Shown here: piece after piece, positions 7,141 to 10,455 of the stretch
How positions within the stretch are numbered: position 1 is the first letter of the stretch
Layout of the letters: the number at the start of each line of letters is the position of its first letter
Assembly (NCBI GenBank): GCA_042216015.1
Contig: JBDGUI010000005.1
Location: 1 to 10,455, forward strand
DNA length: 10,455 nucleotides
Direction: 5' to 3'
From: Halodesulfurarchaeum sp.
GTDB lineage: Archaea; Halobacteriota; Halobacteria; Halobacteriales; Halobacteriaceae
Made by a program: the position numbers and the translations under genes
The notes under the pieces: generated by a model
The model's input: the letters and a program-made list of their open reading frames with translations, nothing else
Databases searched by the model: none
Told to the model about the DNA's origin: nothing

Positions 7141-7255
7141 CCCGATAGCGCCTGCCACGGTCTGCGGCCCCACGAATTGAGCCAACGGGTACCGGAGCCG
7201 TCACGAAACCTGTCCACCTGCGTCTGTTTCGGTCCCCAAGTCGCCTGATCGCCTC

Positions 7256-10200
7256 TCACTCCTGGAGGTTCTGGGCCAGCAATTCCACGGGATGGGGCGG
7301 TTGGCTCGTCGCAATGGGGCTGTCGGCGAACTGCGTCCGGCACGATCCTCCCGGGGCGACCAACGTCTCCCCATCGCTCTGTCCGACCTGCTGGAAGACC
7401 TCCCGACCGATCGCCTTGCTCAGGGAGTAATGTTCGGCCTCGTACCCGAACGTTCCGGCCATGCCACAGCAACCCGAGTCCAGCTCGTGGACGTCGAATC
7501 CGGCGGTCGAGAGAACCCTCCCGGCGTGATGGTCGGTTCCCTCGGCCTTCTGGTGGCAGTGCCCGTGGTAGGTCACCGACTCGCCACGCCCATCGACTGG
7601 CAGCTGCTCGACCAGTCCGAAGGCGTCGAGGAACTCCATGATCCCGTACGTGTTCGAAGCGACCCGCGAGACGCCGGGTCCCGAGAGCAGATCCAGGTAA
7701 TCGTGCTGGAACATGACCGCGTCCGAGGGTTCGGTGGTGACCACTGTCCATCCCTCACGAATGCGCGGTTCGAGCGCCTCGACGTTGTTTCGGGCGGTCC
7801 GGCGGGCGACGTCGATGAACGACTTCGAATAGGCTGGTCGACCGCTATCCGAGGAGTGGGCCACTGCGACGTGGACGCCGGCCGCCTCCAGTACCGCGAC
7901 CGTGGCTCTCCCGACCTGCTGTCGGGCGTAATTCGTGTACGTGTCCGGGAACACGATGACTCGACGTGAGGCCTCGTCGGATCCGACACGACTGCCACCT
8001 CGCGCCTCGAACCAGTCCTGAAGGGACGGGCCCTGAAACCGCGGCAGGGATCGCTCGCTCGCGATGCCGAGGGTGGCCTCGAGGAGTCGACCGACGCCTG
8101 GGAGACCCATTGCCAGCGACGAAATCGGTGACAGCGAGGAGGCAATCCCGGCCAGCCTGTCGACGTTGGCGAAGAGTTTCGAGCGGAGGCTCGCCCCCTC
8201 GCGCTGGTGGTGCTCGTGGAGCAACTCGGCCTTGAGTTTGGCCATATCCACCCCGGATGGACAGTCCCGTCGACAGCCCTGACAGGAGACACAGAGCGAG
8301 AGCACTTCCTCGAGGAATTCCGTCTCGAGCGGGTCGGCCGGGAGGTTCCCATCCATCGTACTCCGGAGCAGATTCGCCCGCCCACGGGTGCTCTGGATCT
8401 CCTCGCCGGTCGCTCGGTAGGTCGGACACATGACCCCGCCGGTGGTTTCGGTATGTCCGGTACAGCCCCCGCATCCGTGACAGAGCTCCGTCATTCCCCG
8501 CATGCCGTTCTCGTTGCCCCAGTTGAGTGTGGGTTCGACGGGGAGTTCGAGTCCGTAGTCCGGGCCGAATCGGAGGTTCTCGGCCATCGCCGGGACCCCG
8601 GTCTCTGCGCCGCCGACCGGACCCGGATTCAGGAGCCAGTCGGGGTCGACGCTCCGCTTGAGCGAACGGAAGCCCTCCCAGAGCTCCTCGCCGTACCGCT
8701 TTTCGTTCCACTGCGTGCGGGCTCGCCCGTCACCGTGCTCGCCGGAGACGGCCCCATCGTATGCAAGAACCAGGTCGGTGATCCCGGCTGCGATCTCTTC
8801 CATCGAATCGACACCGCTCTCGGTCTGCAGATCGAGAAACGGGCGAATGTGGAGGACGCCCGGGCCCGCGTGTGCGTAAAAAGTCGCCTCGGTGCCCTCG
8901 CCCGCGAGCAGTTCCCGTACCTCGGCGACGAATTCCGGCAAGTGCTCGACCGGAATCGCCGTGTCCTCGACGAAGGGCCAGGGTCGGACCGTACCCGTCT
9001 CGGAGAGAAGAATCGGCAGCCCGGCCTTCCGGAGGTTCCAGAATGCCGCCTGTCGGGCTTGTGAATGCGCCTCGAGAGCCCCGTTCGCCCGTCCCGTCGC
9101 CGGCGAATCGGCCTCGGGATCGTCACTGACCCGATCCTCGATGAGTTCACACACCGTCTCTCCGGCAGCGGCGTCGGACCCGGCGTCGAACTCCACGAGC
9201 AGGGTCGCCCCGGTTCCATCGGGAAACTCCGCGATGAGCGATTCGAACCGGTCGACCGTCCCGGCCAATTCGAGAAAGCGATCGTCCATGACCTCGAGGG
9301 CAGCGGGATCGTGGTCGAGGACGGCCCCGAGGTCCCGCAGAGCCGCCTCGAGTGTATCATAGGTGAGCAGGGCGACCGCCGTCGCGGCTGGGAGTGGCTC
9401 GAGGGCGACCGTTGCCTCCGTGATGACGCCGAGTGTCCCCTCGCTTCCGGCAAGGAGACGGGCGACGTTGACCTGCCCCGATTCTGCCTCCTCGACGAGG
9501 ACGTCGAGGTTGTATCCCGAGACGTTTCGGTGGAGGTCGGGATAGCGCTCGGTGATCAGGTCGCTGTGTTCGGAAAGAATGTGGCGGATTTCCGCGTAGA
9601 ACCGGGCTTCGAGGTCGCCCTCCGGATCAGCAGCCGACTCGAGTTCTTCGAGTGTCATCCATCCGAATTCCACGCGCTTTCCGGAGGCGAGGACGACCTC
9701 GGCGGATTCGAGATACCTGTCGGCCTTCTCGTAGCGAAGCGAGTGAGCACCCGTCGAATTGTTCCCGATGCAGCCACCGAGGACGCTCTTGTCGCCCCAG
9801 GCCGGGTCGGGGGCGTACTGCAGGTCGTGGGGTTCGACGGCAGCGTTCAGTTCGGCGAGGGTGATGCCCGGCTGGGCCCTGGCGGTGGCCGCCTCCGGAT
9901 CGACCTCGCGGACGTCGTTCATATGGGCCTTGAAGTCGAGCACGATCGCCTCGTTCGTGGTCTGGCCGGCCAGGCTGGTTCCCGCTCCCCGTGGAAGGAC
10001 GGCGATGTGGTGCTCGCTGCAGTATTCGAGGACCGAGACCACGTCGTCGGCATCCCGGGGTCTGACGACGCCGATCGGCTCGACCTGGTAGATACTCGCG
10101 TCGGTGGCGTAGAGCTGTCTCGTGTACTCGTCGAACCGGACGTCACCGGTAACCCGCTTTTCGAGATCGGCGGAAAGCTCCGGTCGGTCGACCGACCCGC

Positions 10201-10267
10201 CTCGATAGTCGTACCCGGCCCGGTCGTCGTGGGCGGGGTCGATCCGATCGCCGGACCCCTGTGTCAT
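7256..10267 (-). CDS. FAD-binding and Fe-S-binding oxidoreductase (GlcD/Dld + GlcF/GlpC-like fusion; YdiJ-like D-2-hydroxyacid dehydrogenase)
   Basis: YATDASIY, PRGAGTSLAGQ, GGCIGNNSTG, GSEGTLG, HAGPGVLH, GEHGDG and LLNPG (VAO-type FAD fold); CHGCGGC..CP and CVSCQGCRRDCP (two 4Fe-4S motifs); C-terminal CCG domain HGHCH/GCCG/SC. Start at ATG 10267 (MTQGSGDRIDP), about 1003 aa. Confidence 0.92.
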   Translation of the reverse strand: MTQGSGDRIDPAHDDRAGYDYRGGSVDRPELSADLEKRVTGDVRFDEYTRQLYATDASIYQVEPIGVVRPRDADDVVSVLEYCSEHHIAVLPRGAGTSLAGQTTNEAIVLDFKAHMNDVREVDPEAATARAQPGITLAELNAAVEPHDLQYAPDPAWGDKSVLGGCIGNNSTGAHSLRYEKADRYLESAEVVLASGKRVEFGWMTLEELESAADPEGDLEARFYAEIRHILSEHSDLITERYPDLHRNVSGYNLDVLVEEAESGQVNVARLLAGSEGTLGVITEATVALEPLPAATAVALLTYDTLEAALRDLGAVLDHDPAALEVMDDRFLELAGTVDRFESLIAEFPDGTGATLLVEFDAGSDAAAGETVCELIEDRVSDDPEADSPATGRANGALEAHSQARQAAFWNLRKAGLPILLSETGTVRPWPFVEDTAIPVEHLPEFVAEVRELLAGEGTEATFYAHAGPGVLHIRPFLDLQTESGVDSMEEIAAGITDLVLAYDGAVSGEHGDGRARTQWNEKRYGEELWEGFRSLKRSVDPDWLLNPGPVGGAETGVPAMAENLRFGPDYGLELPVEPTLNWGNENGMRGMTELCHGCGGCTGHTETTGGVMCPTYRATGEEIQSTRGRANLLRSTMDGNLPADPLETEFLEEVLSLCVSCQGCRRDCPSGVDMAKLKAELLHEHHQREGASLRSKLFANVDRLAGIASSLSPISSLAMGLPGVGRLLEATLGIASERSLPRFQGPSLQDWFEARGGSRVGSDEASRRVIVFPDTYTNYARQQVGRATVAVLEAAGVHVAVAHSSDSGRPAYSKSFIDVARRTARNNVEALEPRIREGWTVVTTEPSDAVMFQHDYLDLLSGPGVSRVASNTYGIMEFLDAFGLVEQLPVDGRGESVTYHGHCHQKAEGTDHHAGRVLSTAGFDVHELDSGCCGMAGTFGYEAEHYSLSKAIGREVFQQVGQSDGETLVAPGGSCRTQFADSPIATSQPPHPVELLAQNLQE

Positions 10268-10290
10268 GGGCGTCGATTTCGATCCCGTCT

Positions 10291-10300
10291 TTGTAAACCC
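10291..10300 (-). promoter_or_regulatory. Putative TATA box for the leaderless oxidoreductase gene
   Basis: Minus strand GGGTTTACAA; TTTACA lies 25-30 nt upstream of ATG 10267. Confidence 0.5.
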
Positions 10301-10402
10301 GCCGACCACAGGGGAGAATTGCCCGACTCCCGATCACTTTTCGTTCCCGCCAGGTCCTTTATCCTCCATGAGCATCCGGTCCGCCTCCCGGACCACCTCG
10401 CT

Positions 10403-10455
10403 TCAGCCCGTGAATCCGTGTTGGCTGGCGAATCGATCGGGGCGTTCGAGGAGGG
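10403..10455 (-). CDS. Possible 3' end of a gene entering from the right edge (..LLERPDRFASQHGFTG*)
   Basis: Minus frame with haloarchaeal-like codons (CTC CTC GAA CGC CCC GAT CGA TTC GCC) ending in TGA at 10405-10403. Too short to verify. Confidence 0.25.
   Translation of the reverse strand, partial: LLERPDRFASQHGFTG

Noticed and set aside
6799..7185. 129-aa N-terminal extension of the UbaA ORF given in the ORF track
   Set aside because: Overlaps the real csp gene in another frame, is Ser/Arg-rich and non-acidic; ATG 6798 gives a normal 270-aa protein.
7204..7231. CGAAAC-N16-GTTTCG inverted repeat and short ACCTG/TCGCCT direct repeats between csp and the oxidoreductase
   Set aside because: Too short to distinguish from chance; no transposon ends, target duplication or CRISPR-like periodicity.
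6879..9545. Several 150-290 aa alternative-frame and antisense ORFs over csp and the oxidoreductase
   Set aside because: Arg/Pro/Ser-rich GC artefacts overlapping well-supported genes.
10368..10455. Plus-strand ORF start MSIRSASRTT... and hairpin GGTCCG-N5-CGGACC (10378-10394) resembling the one before mutS
   Set aside because: Translation is not haloarchaeal-like and is cut by the window edge; the hairpins share only GGTCC/GGACC with different loops.
1..10455. Mobile elements, CRISPR arrays, defence systems, inteins or pseudogenes
   Set aside because: No transposase or integrase, no periodic repeats, and all recognised genes are full length without insertions or frameshifts.

Overview
High-GC window from a halophilic archaeon (Halobacteria-like), judged from acidic proteins, probable leaderless genes with TATA-like boxes about 27-30 nt upstream of ATG, a haloarchaeal-type tRNA-Phe, and no CTAG found by eye. 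Gene order: tRNA-Phe(GAA) (-), PurM/HypE-like AIR-synthase-family protein (+), mutS-mutL pair overlapping by ATGA (+), then on the minus strand an E1-like UbaA/MoeB enzyme, a cold-shock protein, and a ~1003-aa FAD + Fe-S + CCG-domain 2-hydroxyacid oxidoreductase (GlcD/GlcF-fusion, YdiJ-like). This looks like core chromosome; I saw no mobile element, CRISPR array or defence island, and I cannot claim a new system. The best leads are modest: an orphan PurM-fold enzyme possibly co-transcribed with an apparently intact MutS/MutL, the mutSL-ubaA juxtaposition, candidate clamp-binding motifs, and several intergenic inverted repeats at promoters or the ribosome-binding site.
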